The translations under genes and the position numbers were made by a program. The notes beneath the pieces are model-generated. The model did not search any database, was not told the origin of the DNA, and was given only the letters and a program-made list of their open reading frames with translations. Shown piece after piece: positions 1-8,319 of a DNA stretch of 64,000 nt (positions are counted from its first letter, which is position 1; every line of letters begins with the position of its first letter). This DNA comes from an uncultured bacterium (lineage in GTDB: Bacteria > Patescibacteriota > Saccharimonadia > Saccharimonadales > UBA4665), in the NCBI GenBank assembly GCA_963794235.1, contig CAWCCP010000011.1:25490-89489 (forward strand). The letters are read 5' to 3'.

Positions 1-1284
1 GTTACCGTTACCATGGTCTTCTAATTCCTGTAGAATTGCTTTCTGTTTTACTTCAGTGTCTTTGACTAGCTCCTCGAACAGTTCGGGGCGTAAATTGAAC
101 TTACTACGTTCTTTGAATAGTCGCTTTACTTCATCGTCCTGAACTTTTAATTCATTCAGTAGTCGTGCTTTATTGTCCTTGTAGGATTCTTGCTCGTTAT
201 CAAAGCGTCGTTCAACTTCAGCTTGAAGCTGAGGTAGGAGCTTCTTCGGCACTTGGATTGATTTAAGTAATTCTATGACTTGGTTTATTAATACTCGCTC
301 ATCTACCCATGTAGCACCATGTTTCCCACCGTACTCGGTACACTTTCCGTAAACCTGTCCGTTGTGTTTAGGTCCGTCAAAGGATATTGAAAAACCACAC
401 TTACTACATTTCAGATTCCTGAATAGAAACGGCTTGTTGTTGTACTGAGTTCTGGCGGTGCTTCTCATTTTCTTTACCTGTTGGCATTTCTCCCATAACC
501 ATACTGGCACAATCGGCTCGTATTTGTGAGGATAGAGTTTGTTAACATAGCGCATTTCACCATAGTAGAACGGATTTTGTAGCATTTCTTCCCACTGACC
601 CTTCGTAATGGGCTTTTTGAGTTTAGTATTGCTTACAAGTCCTGCTTCTTTACGGTCTTTGGCGATTGCTCCGTAACTCATACCATTGGAGCGCATTTTG
701 AAACCTTCAAATATATGTTCTGAACGCTCAGGGTCGGGCATTATGTCTTTGATAGGTTCGCCTTTACTGTCTTCACCCTTAACGTAGTTCAAATACCCAA
801 TTGGACTTTTTCCAGGCCACTCTCGGTCATGTAGTTTTTGGTCAATCCTACGTTTTACATTGTCCCGAATAGCACTTGAATAGTAACCAGCTAAGGCTAC
901 ACCAATATCTAGCCTAAATAAGTCGGCTGCTGGTGAATCTTTATGGATAAACAGGTTATCACTTGGAAAATGCAGTTCTATTTTTCCAGCACGGAATAAT
1001 TTAGTCAGGGTAGCCTTTTCTTCAGACGAGGAATCTCTACTAAAGCGGTCAATCTTATCGAAAACTATTATTGATAAGTCTTTAGCAGCCAATAAGGGCT
1101 TCATGACGTTTTCGTTGAATTTCTTTCTAGTATTTTTAAAAGCAGTTTCATCGAACTCGGTATATAGGAAGTCTTTTTTCTCAATCCAGTTCCGTTTCTC
1201 GGCATAATCAAATAGCTTTTGCTTTTGAGCTGGAAGTGCGTCTAATTGTTTTGGGTCAGATACTCGTGCGATTAGGTAATTCAT
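1..1284 (-). CDS. large serine recombinase (integrase); C-terminus runs off window start
   Basis: Own translation from ATG at 1284: MNYLIARVSDPKQ...DKIDRFSRD (resolvase catalytic domain), recombinase domain, Cys-rich zinc ribbon (CSKCG...GKC), then coiled coil. No stop before position 1, so it is absent from the ORF track. Confidence 0.8.
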   Translation of the reverse strand, partial: MNYLIARVSDPKQLDALPAQKQKLFDYAEKRNWIEKKDFLYTEFDETAFKNTRKKFNENVMKPLLAAKDLSIIVFDKIDRFSRDSSSEEKATLTKLFRAGKIELHFPSDNLFIHKDSPAADLFRLDIGVALAGYYSSAIRDNVKRRIDQKLHDREWPGKSPIGYLNYVKGEDSKGEPIKDIMPDPERSEHIFEGFKMRSNGMSYGAIAKDRKEAGLVSNTKLKKPITKGQWEEMLQNPFYYGEMRYVNKLYPHKYEPIVPVWLWEKCQQVKKMRSTARTQYNNKPFLFRNLKCSKCGFSISFDGPKHNGQVYGKCTEYGGKHGATWVDERVLINQVIELLKSIQVPKKLLPQLQAEVERRFDNEQESYKDNKARLLNELKVQDDEVKRLFKERSKFNLRPELFEELVKDTEVKQKAILQELEDHGNGN

Positions 1285-1361
1285 ACCTATAATTCTCACG
1301 GTTTTTATCTAAAAACTCACGGCTATAACCATAAACTATATTGGATAAGAGGCTAGGCTTA

Positions 1362-1760
1362 CTATCGTGTGGTGCAAGTCATATCGAGGTTAGCATATGG
1401 ATAATATTGAGTTACTAAATCAGTATTTATGTTGCCTGAACAGGAGAGGTCGTTTGTACTACCATTAGAAGGCGTACAAAGTGCATTAATATCACCACCC
1501 AGACTCATATCTACAGAGTCAGTACATAACCATGATTGAGAAGCGGCTACGGTTGGTGCTGGAGTAGTAACTGTTGGTGCTTGAGTAGTTGACGAACTAT
1601 TACTTGATGATTGGTCGCTAGTCTGAGCAGAACTTAATTGACCATTCAGATACTTTATCTTATCCGACTTCTGATAGTTAGTAGTTACTGTTACAGCCAA
1701 TAAGAGTAGTAGTATAAAGAAACCTATTATCCAACCTTCACCATGTTTCTTTGCGCTCAT
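1362..1760 (-). CDS. hypothetical N-terminally membrane-anchored Ser/Thr-rich protein
   Basis: 132-aa ORF with an N-terminal hydrophobic helix, then a low-complexity S/T/P tract and Cys-containing C-terminus. Same strand as neighbours. Confidence 0.5.
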   Translation of the reverse strand: MSAKKHGEGWIIGFFILLLLLAVTVTTNYQKSDKIKYLNGQLSSAQTSDQSSSNSSSTTQAPTVTTPAPTVAASQSWLCTDSVDMSLGGDINALCTPSNGSTNDLSCSGNINTDLVTQYYPYANLDMTCTTR

Positions 1761-1772
1761 ATTGATACTGCC

Positions 1773-2354
1773 TTAGCTATACTCACTATATTTTTTATTT
1801 AATTCTTTCTGCTGTTTTTCTTCCGCCTCTATCTCATCTTGCATATTCTCAAAGTCAGCCTTTAACATTCTTTTTAACATCTTCTCGTATTTCTCGTCGT
1901 TAGCGTCCCAGGCTTCTTGACTCCATTCCTTACCATTAAGCGTGTTATGCTCTATCATTGCTAATTGGCTTGAGAATTGTTCAGGAAGGTTATGGTCTTT
2001 ATAGATTTTCTTCAAAAGTTCTGTCGTGTAACCTGTATTGTTAACATTTGCTATGTATATTGAAGCGGCTTGAGCAGTAACGCTAGTTTCGTTATAGGAT
2101 TTCTTGAAAGCGTCTAGTTCTTTTTTATTTTTAGCATTAGCCATTTTGTTTACTGTCTCATTCATGCCTCTAACCACATTGAGCAAGGTTCTCCTTAATA
2201 TGAAGACTTCAGTTTCGAGAGTGTTGATATTGTTATCTATTTCTTTTGCTGCCTCAGGCAATTTGCGCAAATGCGATTTAACCTGCTCAAGCTGATAGTA
2301 AAGGGAGACAATCCAGACTGCGGCGATAATAAGTGCTATTACAAGTAACGTCAT
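1773..2354 (-). CDS. hypothetical membrane-anchored coiled-coil protein
   Basis: 193-aa ORF with an N-terminal TM helix followed by charged heptad-like sequence. Tightly packed with 1362-1760. Confidence 0.5.
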   Translation of the reverse strand: MTLLVIALIIAAVWIVSLYYQLEQVKSHLRKLPEAAKEIDNNINTLETEVFILRRTLLNVVRGMNETVNKMANAKNKKELDAFKKSYNETSVTAQAASIYIANVNNTGYTTELLKKIYKDHNLPEQFSSQLAMIEHNTLNGKEWSQEAWDANDEKYEKMLKRMLKADFENMQDEIEAEEKQQKELNKKYSEYS

Positions 2355-2523
2355 ATCTTAATCATACCACCCAGAGAGCTAGCCCTCTTATTAATGAATC
2401 TACACTTCATATAGGCGATATACTGCGACTTCTCCCGTTTGACGCAGAAGTCTGTATCTTTCATGGTATTCAGCGATTCTACGCGCGTTATGTGCTTCAA
2501 TGTGTATTCCTATTTCTTTTAGT

Positions 2524-3177
2524 TTATAGCTGGGCTAAATCAGCCTTTGCTTTAGTTAAGTCTGTTTGGTAGGTTTGCATAGCTGTAGTTGCAGTCTGCT
2601 GGTCAGTAGATAATGAAGAACTACCAGTTACGTCATCATCTGCCACAACTTCTTCTGCATTAGCCCATTCCGTTATATCACCTGGTAAGTTACCAGCGTC
2701 AGTATCCCAATTATTTAGTGCGTCTGGTGCTGTTTGATGTGCGTTGTAATAGGCATTGTCTGCTTTATTGTAAGCGTCAACTTGCTCTGTGTTATTAGAG
2801 ACATTCTCTTTATCTTGTTCTGCTGTTTCCCATGTATGGAAATCACTACTAACATCACCAGCATTTGATTCAGCAGCATACGACTGACCCTGCGACATTT
2901 GCTGTTCAAAATCAGCTAATACAGGAGTTAGTGTGGTTACTGATTGTGCGTTAAGGGTGGCGAGCGGGACAGTGGATGCTTGAACTGCGGACTTAGTAGT
3001 AGATTTGATACTTACAGTTTTCGTTTTCTTAGAGCTGCCACTAAATAAGCTAACAATGACTACTATAACGACAATGATAATTCCAAAGACTACTAAGTAG
3101 CCAAAAGTCATAGCTACTTTGCCTGGTGGTTTTTTACCTGCTTTGATTGGGTGTTTAGCTGATATTGGTTCGTTCAC
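2524..3177 (-). CDS. hypothetical membrane-anchored protein
   Basis: 217-aa ORF with a GTG start, a single TM helix (VVFGIIIVVIVVIV) and an acidic, polar extracellular-like tail. Confidence 0.5.
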   Translation of the reverse strand: MNEPISAKHPIKAGKKPPGKVAMTFGYLVVFGIIIVVIVVIVSLFSGSSKKTKTVSIKSTTKSAVQASTVPLATLNAQSVTTLTPVLADFEQQMSQGQSYAAESNAGDVSSDFHTWETAEQDKENVSNNTEQVDAYNKADNAYYNAHQTAPDALNNWDTDAGNLPGDITEWANAEEVVADDDVTGSSSLSTDQQTATTAMQTYQTDLTKAKADLAQL

Positions 3178-3794
3178 GGGTTTTCTCCTATTAGAGTTAA
3201 TAAAACATAAAGCTCACCGCTAGGTGGAATCTTGCGACCCCTACACACCTTTCGATGTGTAACCCGTGAAGATACCTAAACGATGAGCTTAGTATTCTTC
3301 ACGGGATTTATAACCATGCCTTTCGCTAAATTAGCTACTCAGGTTAGGTCATACCAAATTGTTTTAAAACCTGTTGGTTTGATTGAATTATACATTATTA
3401 AGACTATCAGAGGTGAGGGGTTGGCCAACTATACGCCAACTCATAGCCGATTTTAACGATTTGGTGGTGTGCAACTACTCGGTAACTCATCGGCGATTTT
3501 ACAATAATATAGTGCTACAAGTGATACATGATTATAAAAATTACTCACCTCTGTTAAGGGTGGGGTAAAAGGTGGGCAACTCTTGGGTGAAATTACGCTT
3601 ATTCTGTTGTTCTAAATAATACAGCGAAAAATAGTTGCAAAGCGCTACGAACGTGAGGACAATAATAGATAGCGAAGTAACTCTTTCTTAATTACTGATT
3701 TTGCGGAAGCTATATCAGTATTAATAACAAATAAAAAAGTATACAAGTAAGCTGTCTGCGTTATAACAGACTGTTTGCTTGGGGAGATAATATT

Positions 3795-4640
3795 GTGGGA
3801 AATGATAGGTTAAACGCTACGTTCGCAGCCAAATGGACTGAAGAGGTAGCTCAACGAGGGTTCGTGCCAATACATAAGTGTTTAGTTACCTGTATGGGTG
3901 ATTTAGGTCTTAAACCGCAGGAAGTGGGTGTACTTGGGAACATCATCGAGAAGTGCTGGTTCGTAGGTGAAAAGTCATGGAAAAAGGTCGATACCATGGC
4001 AACCGATATAGGACGGTGCAATAGTACCATAAGAGCTATTACCAAAAGCTTAGAAGAAAAACGATTTATCGTCAAAGAACATCGGTTCAACACCAGTAAC
4101 TTATACGACCCAACTCCTACTGGTCAGCGCATACAAGAGCATTTACCAAGCTGTAGGTACTACTCCGCCGAAAAACTGAAGGCTGGTGGTCAGAATACTA
4201 GCGTTCAGGTTAGTCAGAATACTAGCGACTATATAGAACCAGAATTACTTAGAACCAATAATATACAACTTAATAAGGTACAAGATACTTTTTCTAATTT
4301 GCCTAATATAGGTAATGAATTAAGATTTTTAGAGCTCATTAATAAGTATACTAATAGTAATTATCGCTACTTACCAAAAGAGGCTAAAGAAACCCTAAAG
4401 TTATTTAGTCTAGAAGAAATTGACAAAGCTCTACAAGTTGCTACCGTCGACTCTTGGCATAAAGATAAACTTCAAGAACTCAGCGTTAATTATCTATGTC
4501 GTGCAAGTACCATTGATAATTTACTAAGTCGAAGCGACAGTAAGGAAATAAAAAGAACACTAAAACTTAAGCAACTACATGAAGCCAATTTGGACAATCA
4601 GGCAAAATTAGTCGAAAAGGAAGCAGTGGGAGTTTATTAA
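3795..4640 (+). CDS. hypothetical winged-helix/HTH-like protein (possible element replication or regulatory protein)
   Basis: 281-aa ORF with a GTG start after GGGGAG. The N-terminal ~110 aa resemble a wHTH DNA-binding module. The assignment is weak. Confidence 0.4.
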   Translation: MGNDRLNATFAAKWTEEVAQRGFVPIHKCLVTCMGDLGLKPQEVGVLGNIIEKCWFVGEKSWKKVDTMATDIGRCNSTIRAITKSLEEKRFIVKEHRFNTSNLYDPTPTGQRIQEHLPSCRYYSAEKLKAGGQNTSVQVSQNTSDYIEPELLRTNNIQLNKVQDTFSNLPNIGNELRFLELINKYTNSNYRYLPKEAKETLKLFSLEEIDKALQVATVDSWHKDKLQELSVNYLCRASTIDNLLSRSDSKEIKRTLKLKQLHEANLDNQAKLVEKEAVGVY

Positions 4641-4692
4641 GACTGGGTAAATAGAGCTTTGGTATACTAATAAAATAACTTAGGAGAACAAT

Positions 4693-4986
4693 ATGAATGA
4701 TAATGAAGCAAATGAATATCTTGAAACACAAGTAAGAAAAGAGTGGGAAAAAGAATCAGGCGTTGACGACCTAGGTGATTTAATGATGTTGGATACAACA
4801 GATGTAAATGGTCATAAGGCTTGGTCATTCTTTTTTGATAAATTACCAGACGAGTTAGCTAGAGTTGACTTGTGGTTACTCGATAACAAAGTACAAGCGC
4901 AAACAGATAAAGACATTAGTAAGGAAGAACTTCATAAGGAACTTGCCGATAGATTAAACTGGCCTCCTGGAAGCGGTGTGAAGTAA
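4693..4986 (+). CDS. hypothetical acidic protein
   Basis: 97-aa ORF with AGGAG 7 nt upstream of the ATG. Confidence 0.5.
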   Translation: MNDNEANEYLETQVRKEWEKESGVDDLGDLMMLDTTDVNGHKAWSFFFDKLPDELARVDLWLLDNKVQAQTDKDISKEELHKELADRLNWPPGSGVK

Positions 4987-5249
4987 CGAAACTAGAACAA
5001 AAACGCTATCTTCTAAACTTTATTGTTGCGACCACTACTTTTGACGGAGAAAAGCTAGTATTTAACCTAAAAGAGCCATTCAAGGCTCTATTAAACAGCA
5101 AAAATAAAAACACTTGGCTCGACGTACCAGCAATGTTGCGGACTAAGTACTACCGATACGTTGTTGAGCTATCTAGAGAGATTGAAATAGCTCGGAGTTA
5201 CTTACAGAGTCCGTTAGGGCTGTTTAATGGTGAGCTTGGGGTTGCTTAA
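4953..5249 (+). CDS. ORF without canonical start, possibly fused to 4693-4986 by an indel; its C-terminal 45 aa lie inside the inverted repeat
   Basis: Own translation: open frame ...VTKLEQKRYLLNFIVATTTFDGEKLVFNLKEPFKALLNSKNKNTWLDVPAMLRTKYYRYVVELSREIEIARSYLQSPLGLFNGELGVA*. It has no ATG/GTG/TTG near its 5' end and overlaps the end of the upstream ORF. Confidence 0.3.
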   Translation: MKLASWKRCEVTKLEQKRYLLNFIVATTTFDGEKLVFNLKEPFKALLNSKNKNTWLDVPAMLRTKYYRYVVELSREIEIARSYLQSPLGLFNGELGVA

Positions 5250-5340
5250 AAAGCGTATCCTAATTGCAACTTCTTCTTAACAATGTAGACTTGAAGCCTT
5301 ACTTACTAAATATAAGCGAATTTAAGGGTTCAGGCTGTAG
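5115..5340. repeat. left arm of perfect 226-bp inverted repeat
   Basis: The reverse complement of 5115-5340 is identical base for base to 6414-6639 (checked in 10-nt blocks). The outer end is TGGCTC, the reverse complement of GAGCCA. Confidence 0.95.
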
Positions 5341-5933
5341 TACTTTTCGCAAGAATGGTTTTGGGTTTTCTTGGGAACTTAATTAAGAAAACCAAAGTAG
5401 CGCAACATAAAGCAATATACAGAGGAAACCCATACTGAGCAAAAGACCATTGTTTAATAGTAAGTAGTGTTATAACAGCACTTATTGTGCCAAATAGGAA
5501 TACTCCGTAATGTTCAGTTTCGGGTTCCCTGTAAGCTTTAATCATTGTGGGAGTTGCAGCCAGTAAATCAGAGGCGATACTAAATGCAATAGCTATGTTA
5601 CCTTTACCCGTAACACCCCAAGCTATTAAAGCCAGTACTGACAAAACACCACAGATTATATCAAGTCTAGTAATCTTCCAAACAGATTTACGATTAATGA
5701 ACGAAGCAATCAATACCATAGCTGGTCCGAAACCAACCATGAATGTCATTATTGAGCGTAAACCAACGTGTTGACCGAGTTCAGCACTAAAAGCTATTAA
5801 CGGAGCTACCGCCCATAAAAACCATGTAACCCGATTTGGTCTAGTCTTACCTTTTAGCGTTTGAAAAACATAGCTGAGAACTACCAAATAAGTTTAAGGC
5901 CGCCCCAACTAAAACAAAGTTTTCGTTTATCAT
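5330..5933 (-). CDS. multi-pass membrane protein (apparent 1-nt frameshift near 5875-5880)
   Basis: The track ORF 5330-5887 starts at TTG. An ATG at 5933 overlaps the HIT stop as ATGA and encodes MINENFVLVGAALNLFGS in the adjacent frame, which would supply a missing first TM helix. The stop lies in the last 11 nt of the left IR arm. Confidence 0.6.
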
Positions 5934-6400
5934 ACCAAGCAGCTTTTGAGTTTAGCAGCTATTTCATCAATCACTTCATCATTAACAATTCTTTCGGCTT
6001 TATCGTCATAGAACTCGCCATAAAGCGGGTCTTCATACGTCGTATCGCCAATGACGGTAGCTTGTTTATATCGAGGAATGATATGCCAGTGAACGTGTGG
6101 ATTACCTGGCAAAGCTCTGAAAGCATTATTCATATTGCAACCCCAATTAAGTGGTTCTGCTCCAAAAGCAACTTTATATGCTTTCTCAAGTTTCCTAACG
6201 ATTTCTTTGAATTCCTGCCACTCTGATTGATTAAGCTCACTAAGACTTGATTTGTGGGTGCGTAATGTAGCATAGGCTCTACCTAAGTATGCTTGGTTGT
6301 TACCAAGACCAATATTCCAGCTATTCGTTACTAGAATCTGGTGTTTGGGGTCAGCGAGGAACTTGCAAGCGTCGCAGTCTTTATCCATACTGATTATCAT
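5930..6400 (-). CDS. HIT-family (histidine triad) hydrolase
   Basis: HVHWHIIPR matches the H-x-H-x-H-x-x HIT motif. The likely start is MIISMDKD at 6400. The longer track ORF extends into the IR arm. Confidence 0.75.
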   Translation of the reverse strand: MIISMDKDCDACKFLADPKHQILVTNSWNIGLGNNQAYLGRAYATLRTHKSSLSELNQSEWQEFKEIVRKLEKAYKVAFGAEPLNWGCNMNNAFRALPGNPHVHWHIIPRYKQATVIGDTTYEDPLYGEFYDDKAERIVNDEVIDEIAAKLKSCLV

Positions 6401-6413
6401 AACATCAGAGAGC

Positions 6414-6639
6414 CTACAGCCTGAACCCTTAAATTCGCTTATATTTAGTAAGTAAGGCTTCAAGTCTACATTGTTAAGAAGAAGTTGCAATTAGGATACG
6501 CTTTTTAAGCAACCCCAAGCTCACCATTAAACAGCCCTAACGGACTCTGTAAGTAACTCCGAGCTATTTCAATCTCTCTAGATAGCTCAACAACGTATCG
6601 GTAGTACTTAGTCCGCAACATTGCTGGTACGTCGAGCCA
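6414..6639. repeat. right arm of perfect 226-bp inverted repeat
   Basis: Identical to the reverse complement of 5115-5340. The outer end is GAGCCA (6634-6639). Confidence 0.95.
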
Positions 6640-6677
6640 GACCAAGCACCAACAGAGGTAGACCGGGTTCCAAGACC
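6634..6677 (+). repeat. cassette-boundary repeat, GAGCCA core plus GACCAAGCACCAA...GACCGGGTTCCAAGACC
   Basis: About 85% identical to 8256-8298 over ~44 nt, in the same orientation. Confidence 0.8.
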
Positions 6678-6842
6678 GGTCTTCCTTTATTTTTGACAGT
6701 AACTTCTTAATTTTCCACCTCTGTTAGAGGTTCGAATCCAGTTCCTGTTATTACCACAATGGGTTGGAACTGCTAAATATGCGAGTTTACAAGATTTACC
6801 TCTGTAAGTTGGTTCCAGAAGCGACCAGTCACCACTATGGCA

Positions 6843-6878
6843 ACCAAGCAGCATGAAAGCCGACCAGGTTCCATGACC
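6843..6878 (+). repeat. partial third copy of the ACCAAGCA...GACC.GGTTCCATGACC unit
   Basis: ACCAAGCAGCATGAAAGCCGACCAGGTTCCATGACC aligns with the right halves of the 6634 and 8256 copies but lacks the GAGCCA core. Confidence 0.5.
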
Positions 6879-6961
6879 AATTCCAGCCCCACTTGACTCC
6901 TCAGTAGGCCAAAATGTAACGTTAGCAATACTCAGACTTCAAACTGTAATGCGTACCAATA

Positions 6962-6984
6962 TAAAAAGCCCCTCTAAAGGAGCT
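6962..6984 (-). terminator. rho-independent terminator candidate
   Basis: On the minus strand, AGCTCC-TTTAGA-GGGGCT hairpin followed by TTTTT. It overlaps the stop of the small ORF 6974-7135. Confidence 0.5.
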
Positions 6985-7135
6985 CTCTGGTCTGCAAGTC
7001 ATTAGGCTGACGCTTTACGTGCTTGAGACGCTTGCGGCGACGGTTGGCTTCGGTGATAGCAGCCTGCTGGCCGTACTTCACCTTGCGTCTCGCTGCCTGT
7101 ATTGGACCGCAATGGCGGTGTTGATTATGCGCCAT
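6974..7135 (-). CDS. small Arg/Lys-rich protein (53 aa), hypothetical
   Basis: Own translation: MAHNQHRHCGPIQAARRKVKYGQQAAITEANRRRKRLKHVKRQPNDLQTRELL*. It is below the track length cutoff, locally GC-rich, and followed by a terminator hairpin. Confidence 0.35.
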   Translation of the reverse strand: MAHNQHRHCGPIQAARRKVKYGQQAAITEANRRRKRLKHVKRQPNDLQTRELL

Positions 7136-7305
7136 CAGGTCAACCTGCGTTGATTTCCACTACCTAGAATTAGCTCGGTCAGGCTAATACATAATGGGTA
7201 AGTTAAAGTGCCCTTAAATTATATCATGAATTTGTCATGGGGAGACCCGCATCCGCAATTCTTATTATGGCGCTAAGCAGCTTCTATAACGGTTAGATGT
7301 CTCAA

Positions 7306-7572
7306 TTATGCGCTCGTGCGCACCGAACCATGTTTATCAAATACTAAGACCTTAGAATTTCGTTTAGCGGCTCGGGTTCGGGCTGCGCTTATAGCTTCCG
7401 ACTCCGTAGGAAATAAAGTGCCAGGACTAGTACGAACACTCGCTTTTCGTACGTACCAACCTTTACCATTTTGAACCACAAAGTAACTATTGCGTCCTTT
7501 TTCGACAGCATTAACGTACTCTTGAATTTGCTTATTGGATTTAGCTGGTGGTTTCAGTGTCTTAAAAGTCAT
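7306..7572 (-). CDS. DUF2188-like small protein
   Basis: 88 aa. The GKGWYVRK...FPTESEAISAARTRA...VLVFDKHG pattern resembles the DUF2188 family. Confidence 0.55.
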   Translation of the reverse strand: MTFKTLKPPAKSNKQIQEYVNAVEKGRNSYFVVQNGKGWYVRKASVRTSPGTLFPTESEAISAARTRAAKRNSKVLVFDKHGSVRTSA

Positions 7573-7649
7573 ATAGTCCTTGCGCTCGTTTTATCTCATC
7601 TTCATTATACTGGTTTTTCTTTATGAATTCAACGAGATCATTCCTATTC

Positions 7650-8177
7650 TTATCTGTTAAAACTTGAAACTCCATTTTTTTGGCCCTGTCTTTTATGGTC
7701 GTAGTTACTCACGATAATAGTTATAGGAATATCGGGATATGCTTGAGAGATCTTCAAAAGAGTGGCTCGAGAATCACTATGCGTTCGATAGAAATGCTTT
7801 GGTGAAAATTGTCTATCCCGACTAAAGAAAGCTTCAAAGGCAGTTACAAAATCGGCTGGCCAGACTGCATGCACCTCTACATTCTTTTTAAATTGTAAGG
7901 CTTTTTCTATCTTGGTGGTTGCTCGTCTAAGACTTGAAGATGTTCCATCATAGACAATGACAGGCGCACGCTCTAAATATGCTGATACATATTCAGACTT
8001 ACCTGAAGCACTACCGCCAGACATGACAATGACCGTTTTCTCAGACCTGGTCTTTAGTGCATCTTCAAAAGCCTTATCAGCAAGCCGGGTGGATGCTTCA
8101 TGGAACTCTTCAGCTCTACTCGGATCATAACCCGGCAAGCTCTCTTTCATATCGTCGGCAGAAATAATGAAGGCCAT
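7650..8177 (-). CDS. P-loop kinase, zeta-toxin/AAA_33-like
   Basis: 175 aa with Walker A MSGGSASGKSE and the size and layout of small zeta-type nucleotide kinases. Confidence 0.5.
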   Translation of the reverse strand: MAFIISADDMKESLPGYDPSRAEEFHEASTRLADKAFEDALKTRSEKTVIVMSGGSASGKSEYVSAYLERAPVIVYDGTSSSLRRATTKIEKALQFKKNVEVHAVWPADFVTAFEAFFSRDRQFSPKHFYRTHSDSRATLLKISQAYPDIPITIIVSNYDHKRQGQKNGVSSFNR

Positions 8178-8255
8178 ATAGAAATTGTAACCTAATACAC
8201 CCTAGTCTAACAGCGTGATCGATCCATGGGCCATGTTTAACTCATGAGCGATGGT

Positions 8256-8298
8256 GAGCCAGACCAAGCACCAAATTAGGTGACCGGGTTCCATGACC
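8256..8298 (+). repeat. cassette-boundary repeat, GAGCCA core plus GACCAAGCACCAA...GACCGGGTTCCATGACC
   Basis: Direct repeat of 6634-6677. Confidence 0.8.
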
Positions 8299-8319
8299 AG
8301 CCCTCGATTGATGACTCAT

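Noticed and set aside
6718-6755. tRNA-like T-loop GAGGTTCGAATCCAG, with a related GGTGCGAATCCAG...GGGGAGCCA at 11288-11312 that looks like a tRNA 3' end with CCA
   Set aside because: The flanking bases do not form a 5-bp T-stem (3 of 5 pairs at best). No complementary acceptor strand, D-arm or anticodon arm is present upstream. They are treated as repeat fragments, not tRNA genes. An origin as degraded att-site remnants of a tRNA or tmRNA target cannot be excluded.
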